This document shows, in pieces, positions 27,419-38,232 of a stretch of 64,000 bases of DNA. The stretch is from assembly GCA_964493385.1 (NCBI GenBank), contig CAZBNW010000003.1, forward strand, positions 6,509 through 70,508, read 5' to 3'. The translations under genes were made by a program, and so were the position numbers. Origin of the DNA: an uncultured archaeon. Lineage in GTDB: Archaea; Asgardarchaeota; Lokiarchaeia; Sigyniarchaeales; SOKP01. The notes under the pieces were generated by a model. That model did no database searches and was not told the origin of the DNA. It was given only the letters and a program-made list of their open reading frames with translations. How positions within the stretch are numbered: position 1 is the first letter of the stretch; every line of letters starts with the position of its first letter.

Positions 27419-28336
27419 ATGAAAACATTGATCGTGGCGCTAGGTGGAAATGCTTTAATCAAGTTTGGTGAAGAAGGGACAATGGAGGAACAATTTCGAA
27501 ATTTAAGAGTTCCAATTAGCCAAATTGCAGAATTAGCGAAAAACTATAACATTATTATAACGCATGGTAATGGGCCACAAGTTGGAAATCTCTTACTTCA
27601 ACAGGAAGCAACTGAATTTGTATCAAAAAGGCCGTTGCAAATCTTAGTAGCAGAAACTCAAGGCCAGATTGGATTCATGATTGAGAGTACATTAGATGAA
27701 GAGCTTATGAAAATAGATCTTGATGAAGAAAAGCTTTTCCTAACAGTTCTAACTTATGTGAAAGTTGATTCTGAAGACCCTGCTTTTAAAAATCCCACAA
27801 AACCAATTGGCCCTGCATATCCTGTTCGTACAAAGCAGGGACAAGTTAAAACAGCTAAGGGATGGCGACAAGTTGTTCCTTCCCCGAAGCCTATAAAAAT
27901 ATATCAATGGCGTGAAATAAAGAAATTAATGGAACTTGGAAGCTGGATTGTTATAGCTTGTGGTGGAGGTGGTATACCTGTTATAAAAGAAGAAAAAAGA
28001 TTATATGGTGTTGAAGCTGTAATAGATAAAGATCTTGCTAGTTCTAAATTAGCTGAACAAATAGGAGCAGATATACTGCTTATTGCTACTGATGTTGAGA
28101 AAGTTGCTCTTAATTATGGTACACCTAACCAAAAGGATTTAGATAAGCTTACTATCTATGAAGCAAAGAAATATTTGGGGGAAGGTCAATTTCCTGCTGG
28201 AAGTATGGGCCCTAAAATTCAAGCAGTAATAAATTTTATGGAAACCGGCGGAGAAAAAGCGATTATAACTTCAATTGAAAAAATTAAAGAAGGTTTAGAA
28301 GAAAAAGCCGGAACTCATATTTTTATAGATAATTAG
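27419..28336 (+). CDS. arcC: Carbamate kinase
   Basis: MKTLIVALGGNAL...IIITHGNGPQVGNLLLQ and ACGGGGIPV. ATG 27419 is preferred over the track start at 27362. Confidence 0.85.
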   Translation: MKTLIVALGGNALIKFGEEGTMEEQFRNLRVPISQIAELAKNYNIIITHGNGPQVGNLLLQQEATEFVSKRPLQILVAETQGQIGFMIESTLDEELMKIDLDEEKLFLTVLTYVKVDSEDPAFKNPTKPIGPAYPVRTKQGQVKTAKGWRQVVPSPKPIKIYQWREIKKLMELGSWIVIACGGGGIPVIKEEKRLYGVEAVIDKDLASSKLAEQIGADILLIATDVEKVALNYGTPNQKDLDKLTIYEAKKYLGEGQFPAGSMGPKIQAVINFMETGGEKAIITSIEKIKEGLEEKAGTHIFIDN

Positions 28337-28339
28337 TTT

Positions 28340-29602
28340 TTATTGTTTCACAAACACTTTTTCAATGGTTTCAAGTGCCCAATCAATCTCACCTTTAGTA
28401 ATAACCAAGGGTGGGGCAAAACGAATAGTTGTAGAATGTGTATCTTTTGCTAAAATTCCATTATCCTTGAGTTCTTCAACGATTTGTCTAGCATCCTCCG
28501 TAAATTCGACAGCAATTAATAACCCTTTACCCCTAATATCTTTAATTGGAATTTTAGTTCTTTTCTCACCAATTTCTCTTAACCTTTTTATAAAATAAGC
28601 ACCCATCTCCTTTGCTCGCTCGGCAAGGTTCTCACGCAAATGAATATCTATAGATTTCATTGCCACCGCGCTGGCCAAAGGATTTCCGCCCCAAGTACTA
28701 CCATGACTTCCAGGAATTATCACATCTGGACCTATAATTTCTCTTGTGGTTACACATGCAGAAACTGGATATACACCACCACCAAGGGCTTTCCCTAATA
28801 ATAACATATCTGGTTTTACATTTTCATGATCACAAGCAAATAATTCCCCAGTTCTTCCAAAACCAGTTTGAATTTCATCTAGCATCAATAAAACATTATA
28901 TTTTGTACATATTTCTCTAACTTTTTTTAAATATCCTTCTGGAGGGACATTCACACCAGCTTCTCCTTGGATAGGCTCAACCAAAAAAGCAGCTACTTTT
29001 TCAGGTCCAATTTCCAAAATAACATTTTCTAATTCCTCAGCATCTCCGTAGGGAATAATAATGAAACCGGGAGTATAAGGGCCAAAATTACCATAATATC
29101 GAGCTGCTGAAATATCAGAACTAAAACCCACAATTGTGATGGTTCTTCCATGAAAATTGTTTCTACAAACAATTATTTTAGCTTCATTTTTTGGAATTTT
29201 TTTCTTTATATAACCCCATGCTCTTGCCATTTTTAAGCCAGTCGAAACTGCTTCAGTCCCTGTATTCATAGGAATAGACATTATACCGGAATTTGTGAGA
29301 TCATTAATATGTGGTCCAACAACATCCGCTAACATTTTTAGAAATGGGCCCATCATATCATTATGAAATGCCCGAGAAGTTAGTGTAACAATATCTGCTT
29401 GTTCTTTAAGAGTAGCTACAATTTCTGGGTGGCAATGGCCAGCATTCTGGCTTGAATATGCTGATAAGCAATCTAAATATTTCTTACCTTCTGGATCGTA
29501 AACCCAAACTCCTTCCGCTCGCGAAATTACAACTGGAATTGGGTGATAATTATGAGCACAATATTTAAGATCCATTTCAATAAATTCTTTTGAAGTTGGC
29601 AT
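28340..29602 (-). CDS. rocD: Ornithine aminotransferase (class III PLP aminotransferase)
   Basis: YCAHNYHPIPVVISRAEGVWVYDPEGKKYLDCLSAYSSQNAGHCHP, DEIQTGFGRTG, and LLGKALGGG (PLP Lys). Confidence 0.8.
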   Translation of the reverse strand: MPTSKEFIEMDLKYCAHNYHPIPVVISRAEGVWVYDPEGKKYLDCLSAYSSQNAGHCHPEIVATLKEQADIVTLTSRAFHNDMMGPFLKMLADVVGPHINDLTNSGIMSIPMNTGTEAVSTGLKMARAWGYIKKKIPKNEAKIIVCRNNFHGRTITIVGFSSDISAARYYGNFGPYTPGFIIIPYGDAEELENVILEIGPEKVAAFLVEPIQGEAGVNVPPEGYLKKVREICTKYNVLLMLDEIQTGFGRTGELFACDHENVKPDMLLLGKALGGGVYPVSACVTTREIIGPDVIIPGSHGSTWGGNPLASAVAMKSIDIHLRENLAERAKEMGAYFIKRLREIGEKRTKIPIKDIRGKGLLIAVEFTEDARQIVEELKDNGILAKDTHSTTIRFAPPLVITKGEIDWALETIEKVFVKQ

Positions 29603-29821
29603 ATTAATTCATATTTATTCCTTTTCCAATAATACTACTTAATTATATGAAGAGATTCATTAAAAGTTTAGATGTTCTCTTTTTAAATTTGGGTAGAAAA
29701 TGGGATTCTTAAAATTGCAATCTTAGCGACTCGATATAAAAGTTTATATATAATTATGTTGAAGAGAATAATTGCACGAAATTTTTAAAAAAATAAATCC
29801 AAAAAAAAAAGGTTTAAACAC

Positions 29822-32272
29822 ATGAGAAAAAGAATATATATCTGTCTTTTATCTGTCATGTTCTTATTTAGTTTTTTACCTATGCTTCCTGCTTTAGCAG
29901 GTAACAGTAATGAAATCCTAATTGTACGAGATAACTATGGTGTTCCTCATATATTCGCTAATACAAAAGAGGGATTAGCCTTTGGTGCAGGATATGCAAT
30001 GGCTCAGGATAGACTTTGGCAAGCAGATCTATTCCGAAGAGATGCTTTCGGAAGTTTAGCTGAATTTGGATTCGCATCAATAAATGATGATTATAGAACC
30101 AGAACTTTAGGTTATAGTAAGGAAGAATTGTTTGAAGTTTTTGAAGAATGGGTTCCATCTAAGCCAGAAGCAAAATTAAAAGAAATGATGCTAGCATATG
30201 TAGATGGGATTAATCAGTACATTTATGAGGCCCATATGAATCCAGCTCTTATACCAATTGAATATTTATTACTTGACCTTCTTCCAATCGAGCCCTTCAC
30301 AATAGCAGATTGTGCGTCTATTATCGTAATGATGGCTTGGAGATTTGGTGGAACAGGTGGCGGTGAACTCGGTCATGCTGCTCGCTTCCAAGCTTTAAAT
30401 GCAACATATGATGAAGATACAGCTTGGGCAATCTTTAATGATCTATACCCTCAAGTAGATCCTGGAGCACCAACTACAATACCAAGTCAGGGAAGCCATT
30501 ATCCTCAGGGTCCAATCCAAAGTAGTATCCCTACTCTTCCTGATAATATTAATGAGATCTATGAACAAGTTATAGGAGCCACCAAAGCACAAGAACAGTT
30601 GTCTGAATCTTTAGGATTGCCAACTAAATTTGGTAGCAATGCATGGATGGTACGACCAAAAAAATCTAAAACAGGAAATGCTATGCAAGTAGGAGGGCCT
30701 CAAATGGGGCATACTATTCCACAAATTGTTCACGAGTTAGGGTTACATGGTGCTGGAATTAATGCAGTTGGAATGGCGATGCCATTCGCACCAGTTATCA
30801 TAATTGGAGCCAGTGATTTTGGAGCATGGACCTCTACAACTGGTTCTTCAGATCTTATTGATACTTACATTGAAGTTTTAAACCCAGAAAATCACACCCA
30901 GTACTGGTACAACGGCGAATGGGTCAATATGGAGAAAAGAACAGAAATAATTTATGGTTATAAGAAATTATGGAATGAAACAAGAGATATTTATCGCACG
31001 GTTCATGGTCCTATCAGAGCTTGGGATCTTGATAATAATTTATGCTACTCCATGAAGGTAGATTACTACAAAGATGAATTGGCTGCTGAGGAAGGGTGGA
31101 TGTTATTCCAACAAGCGAGAAGTATCTCCGATTTTGAAGATGCAACTAGAGTTGTTACTGCTGGTCACAACTTCTATTGGGTAGATAGGCGCGGTAATAT
31201 TGGCTTCTGGCACTGTGGAGCTTTCCCAAAAAAACCAATTACTGGTAAAGATGGGAGAATAATTGATGATAGATTCCCATTATGGGGCACTGGAGAAGAA
31301 GAGTGGGTAGGTGTCACTGGATTTGATGAGATCCCAAAATGTATCAATCCTGCGCAAGGATATCTTGCTAACTGGAACAATAAGCCAATAGCAGATTGGC
31401 CTTATAGAGAAGCTGATTGGGGTGAAGTTCATGGAGTTCAATGGATACAAGAACAATTAGCAACTGGTGGTAAAATTTCATTTGAAGATATGAATAGTAT
31501 CAATCGTGATACTGGCTATGCCCATTATGGGGGAATGCATTTCCTCGACTTTTTAATAAACGCTGCTAAGAATGACCCATCTATTCCACTTGAAGTTATT
31601 GAAGCTCTTGAATCGTGGAATTGGCATTATAACGATGTAATAGATCCAATATATCCTAATCCTGGTGCTACATACGATGATCCTGGCCTCACAATCTTCG
31701 ATAAGTGGTTCTCAATGGTCAATAATGAAGTGTTTGATAATGACCTTCCACCAGGAGTAGGTGGAAGCCCAAGCACATTACTTCACGTCTTCGATGGAGA
31801 AAACTCAAAATTACCATTAAGTTATGATTATCTTAACGGAGAAGATCGAGATACCTTGATAGTCAGAGTATTAAAAGAAGCTTTAGATGAATTAGAAATA
31901 GAATATGGATCTAATGATGTAACTACATGGCTTACTGAAGTGAGTACCACAAGATTTAGTCCTCAAGGATTTCTATCTAATCCTCTATTTGGGCAACCAG
32001 AGTTAAGAATGCATTCTATGAACCGAGGTACTTATAACCATATTGTAGAGATGCCAAAATGGAAGTGGAAGAATTTTTTCAGACAAGAACCAACCCATGG
32101 AGTAAACGTGATTCCACCAGGACAGAGTGGATTTTTCAGTATAGTAACTGGACCAAGTCCTCATGCATATGATCAATTGGCTCTTTATGAAACTTGGACA
32201 TATAAACCCATGCTTTTCCGTTACCAACCTATAGCGGACGTTGCTGAATCTTTTACGACTTTAATTTATTAA
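29822..32272 (+). CDS. Penicillin/cephalosporin-acylase-family Ntn hydrolase (peptidase S45) with signal peptide
   Basis: Hydrophobic N-terminus ending in ALAG. DNYGVPHIFA and the FGSNAWMV autoprocessing/catalytic Ser motif. Confidence 0.8.
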   Translation: MRKRIYICLLSVMFLFSFLPMLPALAGNSNEILIVRDNYGVPHIFANTKEGLAFGAGYAMAQDRLWQADLFRRDAFGSLAEFGFASINDDYRTRTLGYSKEELFEVFEEWVPSKPEAKLKEMMLAYVDGINQYIYEAHMNPALIPIEYLLLDLLPIEPFTIADCASIIVMMAWRFGGTGGGELGHAARFQALNATYDEDTAWAIFNDLYPQVDPGAPTTIPSQGSHYPQGPIQSSIPTLPDNINEIYEQVIGATKAQEQLSESLGLPTKFGSNAWMVRPKKSKTGNAMQVGGPQMGHTIPQIVHELGLHGAGINAVGMAMPFAPVIIIGASDFGAWTSTTGSSDLIDTYIEVLNPENHTQYWYNGEWVNMEKRTEIIYGYKKLWNETRDIYRTVHGPIRAWDLDNNLCYSMKVDYYKDELAAEEGWMLFQQARSISDFEDATRVVTAGHNFYWVDRRGNIGFWHCGAFPKKPITGKDGRIIDDRFPLWGTGEEEWVGVTGFDEIPKCINPAQGYLANWNNKPIADWPYREADWGEVHGVQWIQEQLATGGKISFEDMNSINRDTGYAHYGGMHFLDFLINAAKNDPSIPLEVIEALESWNWHYNDVIDPIYPNPGATYDDPGLTIFDKWFSMVNNEVFDNDLPPGVGGSPSTLLHVFDGENSKLPLSYDYLNGEDRDTLIVRVLKEALDELEIEYGSNDVTTWLTEVSTTRFSPQGFLSNPLFGQPELRMHSMNRGTYNHIVEMPKWKWKNFFRQEPTHGVNVIPPGQSGFFSIVTGPSPHAYDQLALYETWTYKPMLFRYQPIADVAESFTTLIY

Positions 32273-32379
32273 TGCTTAAATTAAAAATCAAATTAAAAAA
32301 TTAATATAACTATTTTTTTATTTATACTAAAAAATTGAAGTTTATTAAATCTAAATTAATACTACTTTTTATCAACCTT

Positions 32380-33165
32380 TCAGGTTTTTCTTCTTACTAA
32401 TTCTTTAATAGCAAAAGTAGCTACTAATTCAGCATATGTACCGGGGCCAAATCCAGCATCATATCCTAGTTCTTTAGCGAGTTCATTATTAATTCTTGGT
32501 CCTCCACATATCAAAACGATTTTCTCTCTTAATCCCTCGGCTTCCAAAAGCTCAACTAATTGGGTTAAGTTTTTTACATGAACATTTTTCTGTGTGACTG
32601 TTTGTGAGACAAGCAAAACATCAGCTTTAAGTTCTATAGCTCTTTTAACAAATATTTCATTTGAAACTTGACTGCCTAAGTTAAAAGCTTCTATCATTTC
32701 ATATTGTTCTAAACCATAATGACCAGCAAAACCTTTCATGTTGATAATTGCATCGATCCCCACTGTATGAGCGTCTGTTCCTGTAGATGCCCCCAGTATA
32801 ACTAATTTACGTCCAATCTTTTCTTTAATATAGTTATTAATGTCTTCTTTAGACATAACATCTATATCTACAGCTTCTACTTGAATTTTAGTGTAATCGA
32901 TTGTATGAATTAACTTTCCATAAACTACAAAATAAGTGAATCCTTTGTCTAATGCAGTATGATATACTACTTCTGGATCTTTTAACCCCATTTTTTCTGC
33001 TAGTTCTTTAGCTGCTTCAATTGCTTTTTTATCATGTTCTACAGGAAGAGTAAAACTTATTTGTACCTTACCATCATTCATTGTATCTCCGTAAGGTTTA
33101 ATTCTTGTTAAATCAAGAGTTTTATTAAAATCTTCCTTTTTCGTTGAATATAATCCCCCTCTCAT
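32380..33165 (-). CDS. kamE: Lysine 5,6-aminomutase beta subunit (B12-binding)
   Basis: IKPYGDTMNDGKVQISFTLP and GTDAHTVGID (DxHxxG cobalamin motif). Confidence 0.8.
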   Translation of the reverse strand: MRGGLYSTKKEDFNKTLDLTRIKPYGDTMNDGKVQISFTLPVEHDKKAIEAAKELAEKMGLKDPEVVYHTALDKGFTYFVVYGKLIHTIDYTKIQVEAVDIDVMSKEDINNYIKEKIGRKLVILGASTGTDAHTVGIDAIINMKGFAGHYGLEQYEMIEAFNLGSQVSNEIFVKRAIELKADVLLVSQTVTQKNVHVKNLTQLVELLEAEGLREKIVLICGGPRINNELAKELGYDAGFGPGTYAELVATFAIKELVRRKT

Positions 33166-33166
33166 T

Positions 33167-34765
33167 TTAATATCCTCCTTTTGTTAATTCCTTAATCATA
33201 AGTTCTATAAAGGGATTAAAATAGTCTTTTTCTTTCTTAAACACACCATCTAATCCTTTACCTCCTTCTATTGGCCTTTTGATGTTAGCAAAAATTCCTT
33301 TTTCAATTGTTTTAAATAATCCTTCTTTTTCGATTTCTTTTAATAAATCATAAGCGTTATTAAGAACCTTATCAACTCGTCTTTCCATCAAACCCCCTTT
33401 TTTGAATACTATTTCTTCACTAATAGACTTCATATTGTTGAATATATAGCGTACATTTTCAATAGATAAAGCTCTATCTGACATGAAAGGAGTATGAATA
33501 GCTTCTGTTAACATACCGAGGAGATGAATCCTTTGATTTGTCATCACTGTTATCATATTAAATAAAGCATCTTGAATATGTCCTTTAAATATGTTTCCAG
33601 TCATATATCTCGTAGGAGGCATATATTTTAAAGGAGCTTTTGGAAATATCTCTCGTGTCATTTGAGCTTGAGCAAGTTCATATAAAAATCCATTTTCTAA
33701 TTCAGGATTCATCTCAAATGCGTGACCTAAACCCATTTGTTCTTCCTTTAATCCTGCAAGTAATGCAAATTGCTCATTAATAAACTCAGAAGCAAGAACA
33801 GTATGTGCAGCTTCATAGGCATCGGCTGTGGTTAAATAGTTATCTTCTCCTGTGTTGATTATCACTCCAGCATAAGCATTTATCATTCTTGAAAAATATT
33901 GATCGATAATTGTTCTTTTTATATTAATATCCCGGAATAAAATACCATAGAGAGCATCATTAAGCATAACATCAAGTCTTTCAAAAGCTCCCATGGCAGC
34001 AATTTCAGGCATGCATAAGCCAGAACAATAATTTGTTAATCTAATATATCGTCCTAATTCTTCTCCAACCTCATCTAATGCTTTTCTCATAAGTCTGAAA
34101 TTTTCTTGAGTTGCATACGTTCCACCAAATCCTTCTGTTGTTGCACCATATGGAACATAATCAAGCAGGCTTTGTACTGTAGATCTTATAACTGCAATTA
34201 TATCAGCACCTTGTCTTGCTGCAGCTTGCGCTTGGATGATATCCTCATAAATATTTCCTGTAGCAACAATGACATAAATTAAAGGTCCTTCCTTATCGCC
34301 ATATTTTTTAAGTAATTCATCTCTTTTTTTCTTATTTTGAGAGATTTTTACTAAGGTCTCCTGAGCAATGATATTTAAAGTTGCTTTAATTTCAGAAAGA
34401 TCTTTTAGTGGCAATTGTGTTAAATCTAATTCATTTTTAGCTATTTTTTCTGCTATTTCTTGGGGTGAAAGATTTGTATATAATATAGCATTACCGATAT
34501 AAATAGCAGCACCGACTCCAAGACCGTTTCCCTTGTTTATATTATCTATGACGATATTAGGGAGAGGAACTTCAAACTCATCCACTCCATCTATACTAAA
34601 TAATCTACAAACTGTTCTTTCTATTGTTGTAGTAGTATGTTGATCTATAAATTCTTGGGTCCTTAGTGCTATATTTTTGGCTGCTTTTCTTGCGTTTTCT
34701 ACAATTTTAAAATCCAAATTTAATTTGCTCTCTGGCAATTTTCCCAGTTCTTTCATATTTTTCAC
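33167..34765 (-). CDS. kamD: Lysine 5,6-aminomutase alpha subunit
   Basis: Its size (532 aa) and its position 1 nt upstream of kamE in a kamA/kdd/kce cluster. TIM-barrel-like sequence; the family is recognised from memory. Confidence 0.7.
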   Translation of the reverse strand: MKNMKELGKLPESKLNLDFKIVENARKAAKNIALRTQEFIDQHTTTTIERTVCRLFSIDGVDEFEVPLPNIVIDNINKGNGLGVGAAIYIGNAILYTNLSPQEIAEKIAKNELDLTQLPLKDLSEIKATLNIIAQETLVKISQNKKKRDELLKKYGDKEGPLIYVIVATGNIYEDIIQAQAAARQGADIIAVIRSTVQSLLDYVPYGATTEGFGGTYATQENFRLMRKALDEVGEELGRYIRLTNYCSGLCMPEIAAMGAFERLDVMLNDALYGILFRDINIKRTIIDQYFSRMINAYAGVIINTGEDNYLTTADAYEAAHTVLASEFINEQFALLAGLKEEQMGLGHAFEMNPELENGFLYELAQAQMTREIFPKAPLKYMPPTRYMTGNIFKGHIQDALFNMITVMTNQRIHLLGMLTEAIHTPFMSDRALSIENVRYIFNNMKSISEEIVFKKGGLMERRVDKVLNNAYDLLKEIEKEGLFKTIEKGIFANIKRPIEGGKGLDGVFKKEKDYFNPFIELMIKELTKGGY

Positions 34766-34807
34766 ATTTACGAAATTTAATATAACTTTGTAACAATTTT
34801 ATCCAAA

Positions 34808-35839
34808 TTAGTTATTAACTCCTAAATCATAAACAGGAACATCAAGATTTTCTTTTAATATATTTAAAAATTTATTTTTATCAAACTGATATCCATACGG
34901 CGAAGTTGGATTTATAGTAACAGCAATTATATTTATAGAATTTAAAACCTTTAAAAAGCCACCTTTTCTTTGGAATTTCTGCTTTACTTTTTTGCTCAAA
35001 AATAGTTTTGTAGCATCTTCCACTAAAAAAGTAACTCCTTTATACTTCTCTGTAGATTTCATTAAATCTTCTAATAATTTATCAGTAACAGCACCCTTTA
35101 TTACAACATATTTTGAATTATTGTCTAAGTTATCAATAATTTCCTTAGTCGCATCTAATGGAGTTAATACATCTAACAATTTTATAGAATTATTATCATT
35201 AATTATTCCTATTTTTGATTTTTTCAAAATACTATTAGCAATTTCTACTATTTCTTGGTCATTTTCACTTTCTAAATTTAATAATTCAAGAGTATGAACT
35301 GTTAAATTAATCACATTTTGCATATTTTCAGACACAGAAGCTCCTGTCGAAAGAATTGTAGCATCAGATATTATAGGAGTTGCATATGATCTCCTATCAA
35401 ATGCACCATCAATTAGTATTAAATCACATCCTAAATTTTTTAATTCTAAACATATTTTGTGTAAATATTTATTTATTGATGGTCCTGCTAATTCTATAAT
35501 TCCCTCGTTTAATGCCTTTAATATCAAAATTTCGCCTAATGGAGTGTTAAATTCTGTAGTTTTTAATATTTCCATTTTAACTTCACTCTCTTCAAAACTC
35601 TGTCTAGCTGTTGCAACAATAGTACCCTTTTTGATAAATATGCGGGGTTTTGGTAAACGTGTAATTACATCATACTTTTCTCCATCTCTGCCTATAGATG
35701 TTAGACCAAGTTTATAATCTTTTAGATTTTTTATTATATAGTTTAACGTAGTAGTTTTACTAACGTTTTTTGCGAGGCCTATTATTGAGATTATTTGATA
35801 TTTATCAATTCTACTCAAGAAATAAGTCATAAAATCCAT
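34808..35839 (-). CDS. Uncharacterised protein of the lysine-fermentation cluster with degenerate P-loop (possible aminomutase accessory/reactivase)
   Basis: IIGLAKNVSKTTT (GxxxxSKT, no canonical GK[ST]) and LILIDGAFDR (Walker-B-like). The function is inferred from its position only. Confidence 0.3.
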   Translation of the reverse strand: MDFMTYFLSRIDKYQIISIIGLAKNVSKTTTLNYIIKNLKDYKLGLTSIGRDGEKYDVITRLPKPRIFIKKGTIVATARQSFEESEVKMEILKTTEFNTPLGEILILKALNEGIIELAGPSINKYLHKICLELKNLGCDLILIDGAFDRRSYATPIISDATILSTGASVSENMQNVINLTVHTLELLNLESENDQEIVEIANSILKKSKIGIINDNNSIKLLDVLTPLDATKEIIDNLDNNSKYVVIKGAVTDKLLEDLMKSTEKYKGVTFLVEDATKLFLSKKVKQKFQRKGGFLKVLNSINIIAVTINPTSPYGYQFDKNKFLNILKENLDVPVYDLGVNN

Positions 35840-35908
35840 TTTATCGCCAAAAACTAATGGAGTTTCCGTTAATAACAGAAATAAATCTTAATTATTTAAA
35901 CTTTAGAA

Positions 35909-37147
35909 TTATTTAGTGAGTTTTCTTCTTCTTAACTTTCTTATAAGATCTTCTGGTTCGATCGTCATTTTTTGACCACTCAATAAAGCACTAACTCCAA
36001 TTTGTTTTTCACAATCTTCACAGTGACAAATTGGTATATAATCATCTGGTTCCTCATAAGTTGTTATAACACCCTCAAAATTCCTTAATACCACACGCCT
36101 ATTTCCTTGAGAAATTGTATAATCTGGCATAACTGGAATTTTTCCGCCCCCTCCAGGAGCATCTACTACAAATGTAGGCACACATAGTCCAGATGTATGA
36201 CCTCTTAGCCCTTCAATAATCTCAATGCCTTGAGCAACACTCGTTCTAAAATGAGCAAGTCCAACAGAAAGATCACATTGGTAAATATAATATGGTCTTA
36301 CCCGTATTCTTACTAATTCTTGCACTAATTTTTTCATTATATGAATACAATCATTTACTCCTCTCAACAAAACAGATTGATTTCCAAGAGGTATCCCAGC
36401 ATCAGCTAGCATTTCACATGCTTTTGTAGAATCTTCTGTAATTTCATTGGCATGATTATAATGGGTATTAAACCAAATAGGTTGGTATTTTTGTAGCATT
36501 TTGCATAACTCAGGAGTAATTCGTTGAGGAACTGTGACTGGAGTTCTAGAACCTATACGTATTATCTCTACATGAGGAATTGCTTTTAATCTTTTTAGAA
36601 TCTCTTCTAATTTTTTATCAGATATTAATAATGCATCTCCACCGGATAAAAGTACATCTCTAATTGCAGGTGTTTTTTCAATATATTCAATACAAGCGTC
36701 TATTTGTTCTTGTGGAGGAGCCATATCATGATGACCCGCAAATCTTCTCCTTGTGCAATGTCTACAATACATTGAACAATTTTCGGTAACTAAAAATAAT
36801 ACTCTATCTGGATAACGATGAGTTAATCCTTCAACAGGAGAATCGACATCCTCACTAAGGGGATCTTCGAGGTCACTACTATATCGTTGCAATTCATGAA
36901 TGGTTGGAATTGCTTGTTTTCTTATAGGATCATAAGGATCATCAGGATCGATTAATGATAAATAATATGGTGTAATTGCCATCCTGTACTCTTGTAATAT
37001 GCGGGGATCATCTTCATCTTTAGTCAATTTGATAGATTTTTTAAGTTCTTCTAAACTTGTTATTCTATTTTTAACTTGCCAATGCCAATCGTTCCAATCC
37101 TTATCACTTACATGTGAAAATAATTCTTTTCGTCTGTTAACTTTCAT
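35909..37147 (-). CDS. kamA: Lysine 2,3-aminomutase (radical SAM)
   Basis: CSMYCRHCTRRR (CxxxCxxC), LLSGGDAL, and the C-terminal Zn-site CHCEDC. Confidence 0.9.
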   Translation of the reverse strand: MKVNRRKELFSHVSDKDWNDWHWQVKNRITSLEELKKSIKLTKDEDDPRILQEYRMAITPYYLSLIDPDDPYDPIRKQAIPTIHELQRYSSDLEDPLSEDVDSPVEGLTHRYPDRVLFLVTENCSMYCRHCTRRRFAGHHDMAPPQEQIDACIEYIEKTPAIRDVLLSGGDALLISDKKLEEILKRLKAIPHVEIIRIGSRTPVTVPQRITPELCKMLQKYQPIWFNTHYNHANEITEDSTKACEMLADAGIPLGNQSVLLRGVNDCIHIMKKLVQELVRIRVRPYYIYQCDLSVGLAHFRTSVAQGIEIIEGLRGHTSGLCVPTFVVDAPGGGGKIPVMPDYTISQGNRRVVLRNFEGVITTYEEPDDYIPICHCEDCEKQIGVSALLSGQKMTIEPEDLIRKLRRRKLTK

Positions 37148-37186
37148 ATTTTCTTTCTCTTAAATTTTTTCTAACTCAACAATTAA

Positions 37187-38224
37187 TTAAACGTATTTTT
37201 CTTCAAATATTTTTCGTAATGTATCTGATTCTCGTACCAAGTCTAAAGCGATTTGCGCATGATTTTTTGCATATCCACACCCAATCAACATTTTAACATC
37301 TTTACCAATTCCTTCTGCTCCTAATGCAGCTTTTGTAAAACTCGTTGCCATGGAAAAGAAATATACTATTCCTTCATCTTTTACTGGGAGGATACAAGAC
37401 ATCTCCGTGTTGGGAATACTTAGACAATTTATTGAGACATCTACTTCTTTTCCATTATTTACTTCAAGAACTTTATTTAAAACATCAATAGGATTTAACA
37501 CATCGGCAATTATTATTTCATCACAAAAATCGCTTTTTTTAAGAAAAACTGCCCTCTTTTCATTTCTTGCTTGGCCAATGACTCTTCCTTTCTTTCCAAC
37601 CATCTTTTTAGCCATTAAAGAACACATCAATCCTGATTTTCCTGTAGCTCCTAAAATTAATACTGTATTTCCAGGTTTTACTAAGTTTTTTACTTGAGCT
37701 GGAGCCCCTGCTACATCAAGAATAGCTAATGCTAAGGTATCCTCCATATCTTCAGGAAGCTTAGCATATATTCCACTTTCAAAAAGAATTGCTTTTCCCT
37801 CAATTTTAACCCTATCAATATCAGGTTGAATATTTAGAATTTTATCTATCCTAAGTGGTGTTAAGGAAAGTGAAACAAGTGTAGCAATTTTATCACCAAT
37901 GTTTAAGTCAATTTTGCCTTTTAAAGCATCACCAATATTTTCAATGTTCCCTATTAGCATTCCACCAGAGCCAGTCACTGGATTCTGCATTTTACCCCTA
38001 TTATTTACAATTTCTATTATCTTTTGTTTAACTTTTTCCATATCGTTATGCTCTTCTTCTCTGAGCTGATTAAAACTAGCAGAATCAATATTTAAGTAAT
38101 CAACATCTATTAAAATTTCATTATCAAAAATATCCATATTATTTGAAATTGTTATTGCAGGTTGGGGTAAAGCTCCTTTTGGTTCAATTACTCTATGAGT
38201 TCCATATTTATTTCCTTTTTTCAT
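37187..38224 (-). CDS. kdd: 3,5-diaminohexanoate dehydrogenase
   Basis: N-terminal KYGTHRVIEPKGALPQPA, the Rossmann motif LILGATGKSG, and its position between kamA and kce. Confidence 0.7.
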   Translation of the reverse strand: MKKGNKYGTHRVIEPKGALPQPAITISNNMDIFDNEILIDVDYLNIDSASFNQLREEEHNDMEKVKQKIIEIVNNRGKMQNPVTGSGGMLIGNIENIGDALKGKIDLNIGDKIATLVSLSLTPLRIDKILNIQPDIDRVKIEGKAILFESGIYAKLPEDMEDTLALAILDVAGAPAQVKNLVKPGNTVLILGATGKSGLMCSLMAKKMVGKKGRVIGQARNEKRAVFLKKSDFCDEIIIADVLNPIDVLNKVLEVNNGKEVDVSINCLSIPNTEMSCILPVKDEGIVYFFSMATSFTKAALGAEGIGKDVKMLIGCGYAKNHAQIALDLVRESDTLRKIFEEKYV

Positions 38225-38232
38225 ATCACATC

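Noticed and set aside
35909-37147. Lysine 2,3-aminomutase read as ablA, for synthesis of the N-epsilon-acetyl-beta-lysine osmolyte.
   Set aside because: There is no adjacent ablB-type acetyltransferase. Instead the gene is embedded with kamD/kamE, kdd and kce, which indicates the catabolic pathway.
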